Source of the DNA: Stegostoma tigrinum
Taxonomy: Eukaryota
Assembly (NCBI RefSeq): GCF_030684315.1
Contig: NC_081369.1
Location: 51,009,598-51,073,597, forward strand
Length of the DNA stretch: 64,000 nt
Reading direction: 5' to 3'
The notes below the pieces were generated by a model. The model searched no databases. It was not told the DNA's origin and saw only the letters and a program-made list of their open reading frames with translations. A program made the translations under genes and the position numbers. Shown here piece by piece: positions 25,801 through 39,180 of the stretch (position 1 is its first letter; every line of letters begins with the position of its first letter).

Positions 25801-28764
25801 TAGAGAGAGCCATTTAGCTGCAGTGTATGTGAATACAGGTAAAGTTTAAAAGCACAAGGTTTCCTCTGCTAACGATATTAGTTATAACATAATCGGAATA
25901 TTTTATTGACATGTCATCTACACTTTCATGGGGGGAGGTGTGTTCATGCAGTGGTCTGAAAGTGATTGGATTTTAGGGATTAGCTGGAAGCCAGGCTTTG
26001 GAATAAACTAGAGAGTAGACTGAAAATGAGAAGGAAAGTAGGAAGGCAGGAAATGCAGCAATCATATTGAGAAGCTTAGATGCAAGGCCAAAGCCCATAG
26101 CACAGGGCACCACCAAGTTTGAACAACATAGTCGTGAATAGGAAATAAATCAGGACATAGTGTTCGTTGACACCAAGCTTGGGCTTGTAAATGCTGTAGA
26201 TTGTGGGAAGGAAGAAAGACTTTAGGAGATAGGAAGTTCCACAGTTTTGAGGCATTAGCAAAGAATGAGCACAAGTCAGGCAATCATGCACTGCAGATGG
26301 GAGGAAGGATATCCTGGATATCATACTATTTTGCACTTTGAAAGAAGGACACAGGAAAATTGAGAGGAGCAATGACAATAGTAATTTATAAAATTTGAGG
26401 GCTACACTGATAGGAATATATTGGAGGTTAGAAATGAGAGGTTGCATAGCAGATCCCCTCTACCAACAGCACACCCTAGGTATGGAATAGGAATTTGGAT
26501 GAGGAATTCTTCAAAGTCTGGATCTTGCTGTGCTGCCAAAGCAAACCTGAGCCAGCTGGCTCAACACTAGCCCACTGTTAGACACCAGGCCTCATTGCTG
26601 GGACTATCTGACCTTCGCAGAGATTTTGCCCATTTTTAGCAACTAAATTTCAGGCCAATTGTCTTGGCAAAGCAGCCCCAAGGTTGGTCATCGGAGGGGG
26701 AGATGGAGTGGTAATGATTAAGGACAAGAGAGAAGGGAATGGGAGATTGATTGTGGGTAATGTGCAGTCACTGATGTGGGGGGGCGGGGTGGTTGGTGTG
26801 TTGGGTTGTTACATTTGTTCCTCCTGGCTCAAGTGGAAAATATTTTGATAAATTTTGGTGACACTCAGCACTCGAAATGCAGCAACCATATGTAAATCTG
26901 AAGCAAGGACCATGCTGTATCAGAATGCAACATGCAGATTGGGGGACTTAAAACAGACTTTATTCTTGTTTGTTTATCTTGGTGATTAATACCCTATTTT
27001 AGGTGGCCACATAATGTCAGAAAACTGGTCCCCAAAACTTTGGCTCTCCTCTGGATGTAACAATCTGGAATTTTCACTCTTTATGAACCTTGCAGTTATT
27101 TTAGGTCTTCTGAAAATGAAAATGCTAATTTTAACTCTGGTATGGTTGCCGGCTGTCTGAGATTAGCTTGGGGTCTCCACAAATTGCATAGCAATCCCCA
27201 TGACAACACTAGGCACAATACTGGAGGAAATTCTTGGAAACATTCAAAAAAAAGTGACAACTTTGTAATTCCTTTGAATATTTCTCCTTGCCAAGTATAA
27301 AAATAGTGCAGTTGGTGGATTAAAAGGCTGTTTGGTTGACAGTCAAGCTTCGTCCATTGGATAATGAGGCTTTCTGCTTCCTAACTGGCATCGGAATGTA
27401 TTTAGTCACAAAGGTGGATGGGTTGGCAGAACAACTGGTGGAGAAGGCAAAAGTCACGCGCAAAGCCACAGGAATATGTTTAATCTCAGTTGGTACCTGA
27501 AACAAGATAGAAATCAAAAAGACATGGAAAAGGATCCGTGGCAGGACTCAACAAGGGTGGCAAGCCTTGAACATGTGAATCCTGGCAGAATTGAAACTTA
27601 GGGCCTCCTTGACATGCCCTGATGTTGTTCCTTCTTTGTGAATTCTTCATAACAGCACAGATGCTGAGCTGAATTCAGAATCTATGGTGCGGGTGGGGTC
27701 CAGGCCATTGTTGGCGACCCATAGAAACAATCCTCAGTATTTTTGGATTAAAATGGAAAGGAGCAAACATGACCCATAGAATCAAGAATTAAGAATAATA
27801 AAATTTACTTGCATCTCCTCTGGCTAGGCACTTCGCAGTCATCGTTTTTTACCAATAGATTTGAGGATTCATTGGTCTTAATTAAGTCCACAGCAGAGGG
27901 TGTGAATTTTAACTCAATTTAAGCCTCCACTCCTATTGGGTTGGTAGATTTCACGTTACTGAAGCCAACTAAATTAAGATGGTGGGGTTGCAGCAGTCAG
28001 GTGGGGACAAATGATGCCTTTGGAATACCAAAAAAAGAAACCACTCAATTTCAATCTCGTTCACACCATTGCTGCAAGACTGGTTGGTTTAATTCAATCT
28101 TTAAGAGTTGTAAGGGCATTGTGAATGTGTCAATGAGAAAAATTGAATGAATCAGCTAAAGTTAACAAAGGTTTCACATTCCAATATCTAAGATCTAAGA
28201 TCAATGATCTAGTAAGTCATGTTAATGTATTAGGGTGGCCAAATGATTCAACCAAATTTACCATTGTTAAACAGAGAATATTATCTAACTGTTCCAAGTA
28301 ATTTTAAAACTGGAAAGAATGAAATTAATGCCACTAAATTGGCCACTCATTTAATTTGAAATACATATAATACCAATCCAATATAAATCCAACATATTTA
28401 ATTTTGCAAGTTTTCTCATATAAGTGTAATAACGGATTGGATTGGTTATAAAAACATAAGAAATAAGAGCCAAAGTAGACCATTTGGCCTCTTGAGCCCG
28501 CTCCATCATTCAGTTAGATATTGGTTGATCTGTAGAATATTAAACATCATGAGCTTAAACGTAACCCTCTTGAGTTTTTCAGGTCCTTGTTACCAAAAAA
28601 ATGTTTTATTGCTGAAATACTCATCCTAAAACAACACCACCACAATATGCTTCTCTAAAATTCTTTGCCTCTTCACTTCCTTGTGAAACTTTCCTCGAAA
28701 CGTATCATTTTGATCATGTGTGCTGTCTCCTAATGCCTTCTTTGGTTTGTCAGCGATATTCACA

Positions 28765-29150
28765 AACATAGAAACAAAGATGATAGGAGTAGGGATAGGT
28801 TATTCAACCTTTCAAGCCTGCTCTACAATTCAATGGCTGATCAGTGAGCTCAATATCCTAATCCATGCTTTCATCCATTATCTCTTGACCCCTTCAGTCA
28901 CCAGAACTATATCTATCTCCTTCTTGAAAACACATAATATTTTGGCCTCAGCCACGTTCAGTGGTAGTGAAGTTCACGGGGACAGTACTCTCTGGGTGAA
29001 AAGATTTCTGCTCATTTCATTTCAGTCCTACTACATTTACTCCTTATCCTTAAACTATGACTCCTGCTTCTGGACGCCCCCCACCATCAAGAACATCCTT
29101 TCTGCATCTAACTGGTCTAATCTTGATGGAATTTTCCAGGTTCCTATGTA
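28765..29150 (-). mobile_element. CR1-type LINE 3' fragment
   Basis: AAACATAGAAAC tail and CTCTGGGTGAAAAGATTT motif typical of CR1 3' ends in reverse. Confidence 0.7.
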
Positions 29151-32100
29151 TTCTGTACTTCTGAGAAACACTTTTGGGCAATTTGTATACCAGATGCTTT
29201 GTCTAAATACAAGTTACCATTTCAGTTGCAACAGAGCTCCAAAGATATTCTTTTTACTAATTCTCTTCAGTTTTTCAGGTCCTTGATACCAAAAGAATGT
29301 TTTAAAGTGCTCATGCCCCCACTTGAATGTTATGCATAGTGGAAAATACTTGGCTAATTTACTTTTTGCCCAACATATCATTCAAGTGATAGAAATCATG
29401 AAAAATATATTGAAGGAGATATTTCTTTGATATAAACCCACACAGATATGCTGGCACATGTTGTTTTTGAGCCAACAGATCAATGGGGTGAAAGTAATAT
29501 TTCGATTATATGTCATATTCCAAACAGAGTGTCACTTGGATTTAATACCCTTCTTTCGGTAAGAGTTAACCCCCAGTTCATAACTATAAATGAAACTGGG
29601 CTGACTACTGTTTTAATCAAAACGTAGACTTGGAATTGCTGTAGGGGGATAATTTTTGATGAAAGCTTAGTGATGTGCACATGGGTCTGATGCATTAATT
29701 ATATCTATTTTAAATGGATTTTAATACAAGTTCATTTAACATGCATTTTCAGTGCTTATTGCCAGAAGTAATTGTTCAGTTTACAGCTGCCTGTTAGCTT
29801 TGGAACAGGGCAATAAGGATGAAGTGCAACCTTTTGTCCCTTTCCTATAATGCCTTATTCAATAGCAGACTTTGTGAAGGTCTGAAATTAATTGTTATCA
29901 AAATTAATCAAGATGTGTAACTGTGGCATTTTAATATCACTGCAATTTTTGATTTTATATTGCAATTGCTGAAGTATTACTTGACTGGTGATGAATATTT
30001 CTTCAAGAATACTTTAGCAGGGAAATAAAATTTCTTCTGAAGGATTTAGGGTAACCGTGCTCTACCACACAGTGACAAGGAGGGCTCCTGAACATGGGAA
30101 ATACATTCTGTCAAAACAACTAATTAACACTGTTTTTAGTCATCATGCTGAAGTTTTGTTTTGCAAAAAGTGGATTTAATTTATTCAGAAATGGGCCCAT
30201 TCTATTGTGCCTGAGTGGAGTTATTTAGTGTTTCTTTTGAACATGTTGTGAAGCAAATTGCAGACTGAAAACTTTGCTAGAATGAACATTCCAGTCTTAT
30301 TAACACATGACACTCTGACTATGATATTTATTCATTGCTGGTGGCATGCCAAGAGTATAGAAGTTAGCTCACAGTTTAACACTGTTGTTAGCTTGCTTAG
30401 CTGTTTATCAAATCCTCACACTGGCAACTTCAACTGTTGAAAGTCAGAATGGTGCGTAATGTGAAGGACAATTTGCAGGCTGTGGCGTTCACATACATTT
30501 TCAACCCTCGTCCTTTTAGATGTTAGATGCCATGGGTTTGGAAGGTGCTGGCACAGGACCCTTGACAGTTTGCTGTCGTGCATCTGGTAAATGGTAAGCA
30601 TTGCCAAAAGCATTGGCTTTTTTTTTGTGACAGCAGCCTGAAGAAGCCTTAATGCATTATTTCTCTCTTTTGGAAACTTATCAACTGGATTTCACACTCA
30701 GATTTAGTGTAAAAGGTTTCTGGTGAAGTGAATTTATGAGATTTTAAGAATTTTGGAGATTTTCACCTTTTGGTGCTCCTGATATATCATGAGAAATTAT
30801 ACATCCACAAGCCCATAATTTTCTGTCTATTAAACTAACTGCAGGAAGTCAAAGGTTGGGTGTGCAATTTTCTGATGTTCACTGCTGCCACGTGCCAAGA
30901 GAACAGGCAACAGAAAATCCCCCAGTCACCATACGTACATCTGGCACAGTGCCACAAACACTCATTGCATGAAGTGCTTACAATCTACAAGACGCGCGGC
31001 AGCAAATCACCAAATTTTCTCCGACGTACCTAGGAGAAAGCCAGCAAATGTGATAGGAGCACCACCACCTGCACACTCTTCTCCAAGCCTCACACATAGC
31101 TGGAAATATATCAGCATTTCTTCAAAGTCACAAGGTCAAAATCTTGAAACTCCCTTTCAAACAGTTCTGTAAGTGTGTTTACTCCACATGGACAGCAGCA
31201 CCTCACCATCACATGCTCAAGTGAAATTAGTGTTGGCTGAATCTATGACATGGTCACATCCTATGAAAGAATAAAATCACAAATTAAGCTTAATATAAAA
31301 GCATTTACACTATGGATTGATAACCAGTTTCTTAAAAAAGTTCTTAAGTTTTGTTTTAAAAATGTTTTAGCTAAATCTCTTAAATATTTAAATTTGGTGG
31401 TTAAATAATTTCACAGCCTAAGATGATAAAGGATGATGGTAATTCATAATTTCTAACGGGATTGAGAACAACTTCTGTTAATAGTTGCGTTCATTTGGTC
31501 TTAACCCAATTATTAAGGCAAATATTAATCACAGACATAGAATTGAACTAAGGTCAAGAAAAGCTATGAATTGTTGAAAGGATTTAATAATGCAACATCA
31601 GCGCACTTGGGTTCTACGATCAGTGTCGGACTCCATTTTTCATAGTGAGGGAGTTTCATGCCTGTTTCAGGTAGGCCTGCTGCTCACCATTTATAAACTC
31701 ACTTGCATATGACCTTGGGCAATAGTGTGACAAAGGTGCCTCCACCACAATTTTCAACTTCTACCTGTTAATTTAGTCGGACACAACGTGGCTGGTTATG
31801 TTTAAATATTTTACCCTCCAGTCTCTAATTGGCCTGACTAAATGGAATCCAAGGAGCATAACCATTCAAACTACAAAAATGTTTTCAAGACTGAGCTGTA
31901 ACAAAGAAATTCCAGTTAAAGCTAATGTTTCTTTTGAATATGTAAAAGCTTATAAAATGAGTCTGGTAGGCCAAGAGATTGTTTATAGCCTGTAATTCAA
32001 GCTCTTTGATCCATGCTCATATTTTTGGCATTTTGGTGCAAAATTTACAGCAATGTGTTCCATCACTTGAAGTTTACTGCTACATAGGGATTTACCAACA

Positions 32101-32734
32101 CCAGAATAGGCCTTAGTAGTGCAACAATGTTTATTTACGACGGGATTTTCAGCCAATATTGTCAATAGATTTCCTGCTAAGCACAGCTCAGTGAATTTGC
32201 TTACTCTTTGGCTTACAAAGTTGTTGGCATCGCAGTCAAGTGAAAGAGCCTTTGCAACTGTTAAAGATCTTTCCCACTGCATGGAAGTTTAAAAATTTTC
32301 TTTGAAGTTGCTAGTTATATCACTTTTAGATTCTGAAATTTGAATTTATAACTACTGATTACCAACATAGCTACTGAAATGTATTATTGAAAGATTCATT
32401 CCATCCACTCACTGAGGTGTTTATTTTTTTACTTTACTCTCACTTTTCTATCCTTTTTCCTCTGCAACATTCAACACCTGACAGTGTCTAGGCTAGGAAA
32501 GATGTATCTTACCTTAGATGACCTTTTGGTAAATTGCACAAATTCAGACATGAAATATTATCTTTGTTGAAATGGAAAGTGTCAATTCTGGGAATACATA
32601 ACAGGTCCTTCAGCATCTGACAAACATCTTGTATATATAAGAACATAAGAAACAGGAGAAGATGTGGGTCACTTGATACCTTGAGCCTGCTGGGTCATTC
32701 AATAATCTCATGGCTGATCTGATTATGTCTGTAG

Positions 32735-32880
32735 AGATAGTAGGAACTGCCGATGCTGGAGAATCTGAGATAACACAGTGTGAAGCTGGATGAATGCATC
32801 AGGCCAAATAGCATCAGAGGAGCAGGAATGGTTGAATTTTCGGGTCATCAAACTTACCTGCTCCTCTGATGCTGCTTGGC
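32735..32880. mobile_element. Mini-Penelope insertion with short inverted arm and 16-bp TSD, inside a CR1-type tail
   Basis: Tail on left, inverted arm ~32857-32880; CTGATTA(TG/CA)TCTGTAG at 32719-32734 and 32881-32896. Confidence 0.82.
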
Positions 32881-33594
32881 CTGATTACATCTGTAGTTCT
32901 GTTTTCCTACCGGCTGCCACCCTGTGCTCCCACCACCCACCCTCCATGCCCCACCGATTCCATTCCCTTCAACTTTGACCATAACAGACCAGAAACAATC
33001 ATGTGTTTTCTTTCTCTCGCCAAGTATATAAATCTCATGATGTTAGTTTCCAGCACCACAAACACATTATGGGTGAATTTTCTACCACCAATCCTTCTTA
33101 CTGGTATTTGTTGAACTACTGATAACAAGTGGGAAAGGATGCCCACATGATGTATTTGGAAGAAGATGATTTTAATGCTGATTACACAGAAAGGTTTATT
33201 CTTAGCAACTTTGCATTATATCTAATATGCAAGATTGGCTTTTGTGAAATTTCAGGGTAAAATTAAGAGTAAATGCATATTACTACCTAAGCTACATGCT
33301 GTTAAATCTAAGAACAATCACTGATGTTCAAGTTAGGATATTCTACACAAGACTAATTGACACCTCTCGGAAATCGTCCTTGCTATCCTGATTGGCAGAG
33401 CTTATCTCATGACATCAGTTAACCATTTCAAGTTCTTAACTGTTTTATAATACAGTAAACATGCAGTGTATTTCAATTTTAAATATTTAGATTTTCAGCT
33501 TCCTTTGTTTTTCTTTTGCTTTATAACTTTTTTTAAACCTTTCACCTGTTAATGAAAATGTAGACAGCGAAAGTGTAAACAACCACAGAAATAT

Positions 33595-33770
33595 GGTAGA
33601 GGCAGGTTCAAAATGAGGCATCAAAACAGCATTGGATGATTATTTGGATAGAAATGGTACGTGGAGATATAGGGAACAGGCAGGAGATTGGCAATAGGTA
33701 ATAATACCAGTCTAGGCAAAATGGGCTGAATGGCCTCCTTCTGCACTGTAACAATTTTGTAATCATGTGA
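33595..33770 (+). mobile_element. CR1-type LINE 3' fragment
   Basis: GTAGAGGCAGGTTCAA...ATGGGCTGAATGGCCTCCTTCTGCACTGTAA end. Confidence 0.7.
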
Positions 33771-35189
33771 ATTAGAATAACCAACTAATCTGATTTTGGT
33801 TGCATGCAGAATATTGATTTGGGGATTTGTGGGCCTTTCCTCTGTTTCAAATATTGTGTTGTGGTGGGTAAAATTCAATTAGGCAGATACTCTGTGATCC
33901 AGGAGATAGCTCTGTGAATGCGGTACTCCATGAATACTGGAATTTTGGCTTAAATTATATATTGAAATCTTTAATTGAGACTTAAAGTCAGGACCGTCTA
34001 TTTCAGAGTTAACAGCCTACCAACTCAGTGCACGAACCCTCGTGTAAAAGATTTTCGTCCCTGAGTGCACATCTGTGAGATGTGTTAAAAATGTTGTAGC
34101 CATAAGAAATCTACTTCCTACTATAGTTGTAATTGGGTTATGATTTTACATATAAGTTAAAGTAGGTAGTAATCCATCACTACACGATTTCGTAATCAAT
34201 GCTTATAAATTAATCCAATTTCAGTATCTGTTTTCTATCCTTTTTCGTATATATTTCAGTATAAACGTAGCATTCGTTACATCATCTGGAAATTGTCTGG
34301 GAGGAGTTACTGAACCAGGCAATGCAAGGACGTTAAAATGCTGTATCGAATTTAAATAACTGTTCCCAAACGCACCTTTGGCTATTGGTGTATCTGCTCA
34401 TGTGTATTGCTTGCTCTCCCGCTAGCCAATTAGACAATGGTTAGGGCAATTGATTTGGTGCAGTGTCTGTCGCAACTGAATCAAAGTTCTAACGAAGAAT
34501 GTCAAATTCCACTATATTTTCTGCAAAGTCTGTGTGGAACTGTCTTGGACCTTTGTACTTCCTTAGATTTAATTTATGAATAAATTATTATTTTGCAAAA
34601 AAAAGTGATTTGATGCAGTGTTAATAGACTGGAACAAATCGTACAAACTTATGCCTTAACCTGCACGGGTTTTCCACGTCTGTAATGGCCTCTCCCCGTT
34701 ACCGTCCCATTCATCTGCAAGGTTATGAAGAAAGTTCGGGAGACTGAGTAATTGGATAATACGTGCAAAGAGACAGCACGATGACCCAAACAATTCATTT
34801 TGCTGTTGTAAGATTCTGTGATACAAAAGGAGTTGGTAGAAATTGCAAATTAGCCAACTAATGGAGTTCTGATGCCTCGGAGTCCAGTATGGGCCTCAGG
34901 AACCACATTTTGCCTTAAATTTTAGTGAAACATTGGAGCAGTTCATACATCGCAATCACATAAATCATCACAGACCCTATTTTACAAGTGGCAGACCTCT
35001 GAACAGCAGAGAAGAATTCAGAACCCTTCTAATTCTAGGTAGTTTTCCGGTCGAGTACATGTGTAATGTTACCATTTTGCCGATTGAATCGCTTGTTTTC
35101 AAACCTGCCCCATCTCTGATGACAAGCTAATAAAATGTGAGGCTGGACGAACACAGCAGGCCAAGCAGCATCTCAGGAGCACAAAAGCT

Positions 35190-35217
35190 GACGTTTCGGG
35201 CCTAGACCCTTCATCAG
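35190..35217 (-). ncRNA. Hammerhead ribozyme core, inverted PLE arm
   Basis: rc = CTGATGAAGGGTCTAGGCCCGAAACGTC. Confidence 0.7.
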
Positions 35218-35441
35218 AGAGGGGGATGGGGGGAGGGAACTGGAATAAATAGGGAGAGAGGGGGAGGCGGACCGAAGATGGAGAGTAAAGAAGATAGGTG
35301 GAGAGAGTGTAGGTGGGGAGGTAGGGAGGGGATAGGTCAGTCCGGGGAAGACGGACAGGTCAAGGAGGTGGGATGAGGTTAGTAGGTAGCGGGGGGCGCG
35401 GCTTGGGGTGGGAGGAAGGGATGGGTGAGAGGAAGAACCGG

Positions 35442-36782
35442 TTAGGGAGGCAGAGACAGGTTGGACTGGTTTTGGGATGCAGTGGGTGGGGGGGAAGAGC
35501 TGGGCTGGTTGTGTGGTGCAGTGGGGGGAGGGGACGAACTGGGCTGGTTGAGGGATGCAGTAGGGGAAGGGGAGATTTTGAAACTGGTGAAGTCCACATT
35601 GATACCATATGGCTGCAGGGTTCCCAGGCGGAATATGAGTTGCTGTTCCTGCAACCTTCGGGTGGCATCATTGTGGCACTGCAGGAGGCCCATGATGGAC
35701 ATGTCATCAAGAGAATGGGAGGGGGAGTGGAAATGGTTTGCGACTGGGAGGTGCAGTTGTTTTTTGCGAACTGAGCGGAGGTGTTCTGCAAAGCGGTCCC
35801 CAAGCCTCCGCTTGGTTTCCCCAATGTAGAGGAAGCCGCACCGGGTACAGTGGATGCAGTATACCACATTGGCAGATGTGCAGGTGAACCTCTGCTTGAT
35901 GTGGAATGTCATCTTGGGGCCTGGGATGGGGGTGAGGGAGGAGGTGTGGGGACAAGTGTAGCATTTCCTGCGGTTGCAGGGGAAGGTGCCGGGTGTGGTG
36001 GGGTTGGAGGGCAGTGTGGAGCGAACAAGGGAGTCACGGAGAGAGTGGTCTCTCCGGAAAGCAGACAGGGGAGGGGATGGAAAAATGTCTTGGGTGGTGG
36101 GGTCGGATTGTAAATGGCGGAAGTGTCGGAGGATAATGCGTTGTATCCGGAGGTTGGTAGGGTGGTGTGTGAGAACGAGGGGGATCCTCTTGGGGCGGTT
36201 GTGGCGGGGGCGGGGTGTGAGGGATGTGTCGCGGGAAATGCGGGAGACGCGGTCAAGGGCGTTCTCGATCACCGTGGGGGGAAAGTTGCGGTCCTTAAAG
36301 AACTTGGACATCTGGGATGTGCGGGAGTGGAATGTCTTGTCGTGGGAGCAGATGCGGTGGAGGCGGAGGAATTGGGAATAGGGGATGGAATTTTTGCAGG
36401 AGGGTGGGTGGGAGGAGGTGTATTCTTGGTAGCTGTGGGAGTCGGTGGGCTTGAAATGGACATCAGTTACAAGCTGGTTGCCTGAGATGGAGACTGAGAG
36501 GTCCAGGAAGGTGAGGGATGTGCTGGAGATGGCCCAGGTGAACTGAAGGTTGGGGTGGAAGGTGTTGGTGAAGTGGATGAACTGTTCGAGCTCCTCTGGG
36601 GAGCAAGAGGCGGCGCCGATACAGTCATCAATGTACCGGAGGAAGAGGTGGGGTTTGGGGCCTGTGTAGGTGCGGAAGAGGGACTGTTCCACGTAACCTA
36701 CAAAGAGGCAGGCATAGCTGGGGCCCATGCGGGTGCCCATGGCCACCCCCTTAGTCTGTAGGAAGTGGGAGGAGTCAAAAGA
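35442..36782 (-). pseudogene. Inverted-arm PLE ORF fragment: RT C-half, Cys linker, intact GIY-YIG endonuclease
   Basis: SFDSSHFLQTKGVAMG...RYIDD...CNRRKCYTC...VVYCIHC..C..LYIGET...; open through to natural stop. Confidence 0.9.
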
Positions 36783-38928
36783 ACCTAACCCTCCTTCCAC
36801 TGACCCCTTCACCCGCTTCCAACACAAGTCTTCCTCCTGGACACCACCCCCAGGCCTCCTACCCTCCCTCGACCTCTTCATCTCCAACTGCCGTCGAGAC
36901 ATCAACCGCCTCAACCTCTCCACCCCTCTCACCCACTCCAACCTCTCCCCCGCAGAACGGGCAGCCCTCCGCTCCCTCCGCTCCAACCCCAACCTCACCA
37001 TCAAACCCGCAGACAAGGGTGGCGCAGTGGTAGTATGGCGCACTGACCTCTACATCGCCGAGGCCAGACGCCAACTCTCCGACACCACCTCCTACCGCCT
37101 CCTCGATCATGACCCCACACCTGAGCACCAAACCATCATCTCCAACACCATTCACGACCTCATCACCTCAGGGGACCTCCCACCCACAGCCTCCAACCTC
37201 ATTGTTCCCCAACCCCGCACAGCCCGTTTCTATCTCCTTCCCAAAATCCACAAACCTGCCTGCCCTGGTCGACCCATCGTCTCAGCCTGCTCCTGCCCCA
37301 CCGAACTCATCTCCACCTATCTGGACTCCATTTTCTCCCCTTTGGTCCAGGAACTCCCCACCTACGTCCGTGACACCACCCACGCCCTCCACCTCCTCCA
37401 GGACTTCCAATTCCCTGGCCCCCAACACCTCATATTCACCATGGACGTCCAGTCCCTGTACACCTGCATTCCGCATGGAGATGGCCTCAAGGCCCTCCGC
37501 TTCTTCCTGTCCCGCAGGCCCGACCAGTCCCCCTCCACCGACACTCTCATCCGCCTAGCTGAACTCGTCCTCCCACTCAACAACTTCTCTTTTGACTCCT
37601 CCCACTTCCTACAGACTAAGGGGGTGGCCATGGGCACCCGCATGGGCCCCAGCTATGCCTGCCTCTTTGTAGGTTACGTGGAACAGTCCCTCTTCCGCAC
37701 CTACACAGGCCCCAAACCCCACCTCTTCCTCCGGTACATTGATGACTGTATCGGCGCCGCCTCTTGCTCCCCAGAGGAGCTCGAACAGTTCATCCACTTC
37801 ACCAACACCTTCCACCCCAACCTTCAGTTCACCTGGGCCATCTCCAGCACATCCCTCACCTTCCTGGACCTCTCAGTCTCCATCTCAGGCAACCAGCTTG
37901 TAACTGATGTCCATTTCAAGCCCACCGACTCCCACAGCTACCTAGAATACACCTCCTCCCACCCACCCTCCTGCAAAAATTCCATCCCCTATTCCCAATT
38001 CCTCCGCCTCCGCCGCATCTGCTCCCACGACAAGACATTCCACTCCCGCACATCCCAGATGTCCAAGTTCTTTAAGGACCGCAACTTTCCCCCCACGGTG
38101 ATCGAGAACGCCCTTGACCGCGTCTCCCGCATTTCCCGCGACACATCCCTCACACCCCGCCCCCGCCACAACCGCCCCAAGAGGATCCCCCTCGTTCTCA
38201 CACACCACCCTACCAACCTCCGGATACAACGCATTATCCTCCGACACTTCCGCCATTTACAATCCGACCCCACCACCCAAGACATTTTTCCATCCCCTCC
38301 CCTGTCTGCTTTCCGGAGAGACCACTCTCTCCGTGACTCCCTTGTTCGCTCCACACTGCCCTCCAACCCCACCACACCCGGCACCTTCCCCTGCAACCGC
38401 AGGAAATGCTACACTTGTCCCCACACCTCCTCCCTCACCCCCATCCCAGGCCCCAAGATGACATTCCACATCAAGCAGAGGTTCACCTGCACATCTGCCA
38501 ATGTGGTATACTGCATCCACTGTACCCGGTGCGGCTTCCTCTACATTGGGGAAACCAAGCGGAGGCTTGGGGACCGCTTTGCAGAACACCTCCGCTCAGT
38601 TCGCAAAAAACAACTGCACCTCCCAGTCGCAAACCATTTCCACTCCCCCTCCCATTCTCTTGATGACATGTCCATCATGGGCCTCCTGCACTGCCACAAT
38701 GATGCCACCTGAAGGTTGCAGGAACAGCAACTCATATTCCGCCTGGGAACCCTGCAGCCATATGGTATCAATGTGGACTTCACCAGTTTCAAAATCTCCC
38801 CTTCCCCTACTGCATCCCTCAACCAGCCCAGTTCGTCCCCTCCCCCCACTGCACCACACAACCAGCCCAGCTCTTCCCCCCCACCCACTGCATCCCAAAA
38901 CCAGTCCAACCTGTCTCTGCCTCCCTAA
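36783..38928 (+). pseudogene. PLE reverse transcriptase-GIY-YIG ORF, N-truncated, one premature stop
   Basis: IKPADKG, LPKIHK, GRPIVS, MDVQSLY, GVAMG, RYIDD, CNRRKCYTC, VY..YIGET; TGA at 38710-38712 (CGA in other arm); frame continues to TAA 38928. Confidence 0.93.
38803..38910 (+). repeat. ~39-bp tandem repeat at the PLE ORF end (mirrored at 35460-35567)
   Basis: Encodes PTASLNQPSSSPP / PTAPHNQPSSSPP / PTASQNQS. Confidence 0.75.
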
Positions 38929-39152
38929 CCGGTTCTTCCTCTCACCCATCCCTTCCTCCCACCCCAAGCCGCACCCCCGGCTACCTACTAACCTCATCCC
39001 ACCTCCTTGACCTGTCCGTCTTCCCCGGACTGACCTATCCCCTCCCTACCTCCCCACCTACACTCTCTCCACCTATCTTCTTTACTCTCCATCTTCGGTC
39101 CGCCTCCCCCTCTCTCCCTATTTATTCCAGTTCCCTCCCCCCATCCCCCTCT

Positions 39153-39180
39153 CTGATGAAGGGTCTAGGCCCGAAACGTC
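39153..39180 (+). ncRNA. Hammerhead ribozyme core in PLE 3' end
   Basis: CTGATGAAGGGTCTAGGCCCGAAACGTC. Confidence 0.7.

Noticed and set aside
28720-29286. 188-aa ORF
   Set aside because: Antisense to a CR1 fragment
35360-39010. Many overlapping mirrored ORFs
   Set aside because: Alternative-frame and antisense by-products of the C-rich PLE and its inverted copy
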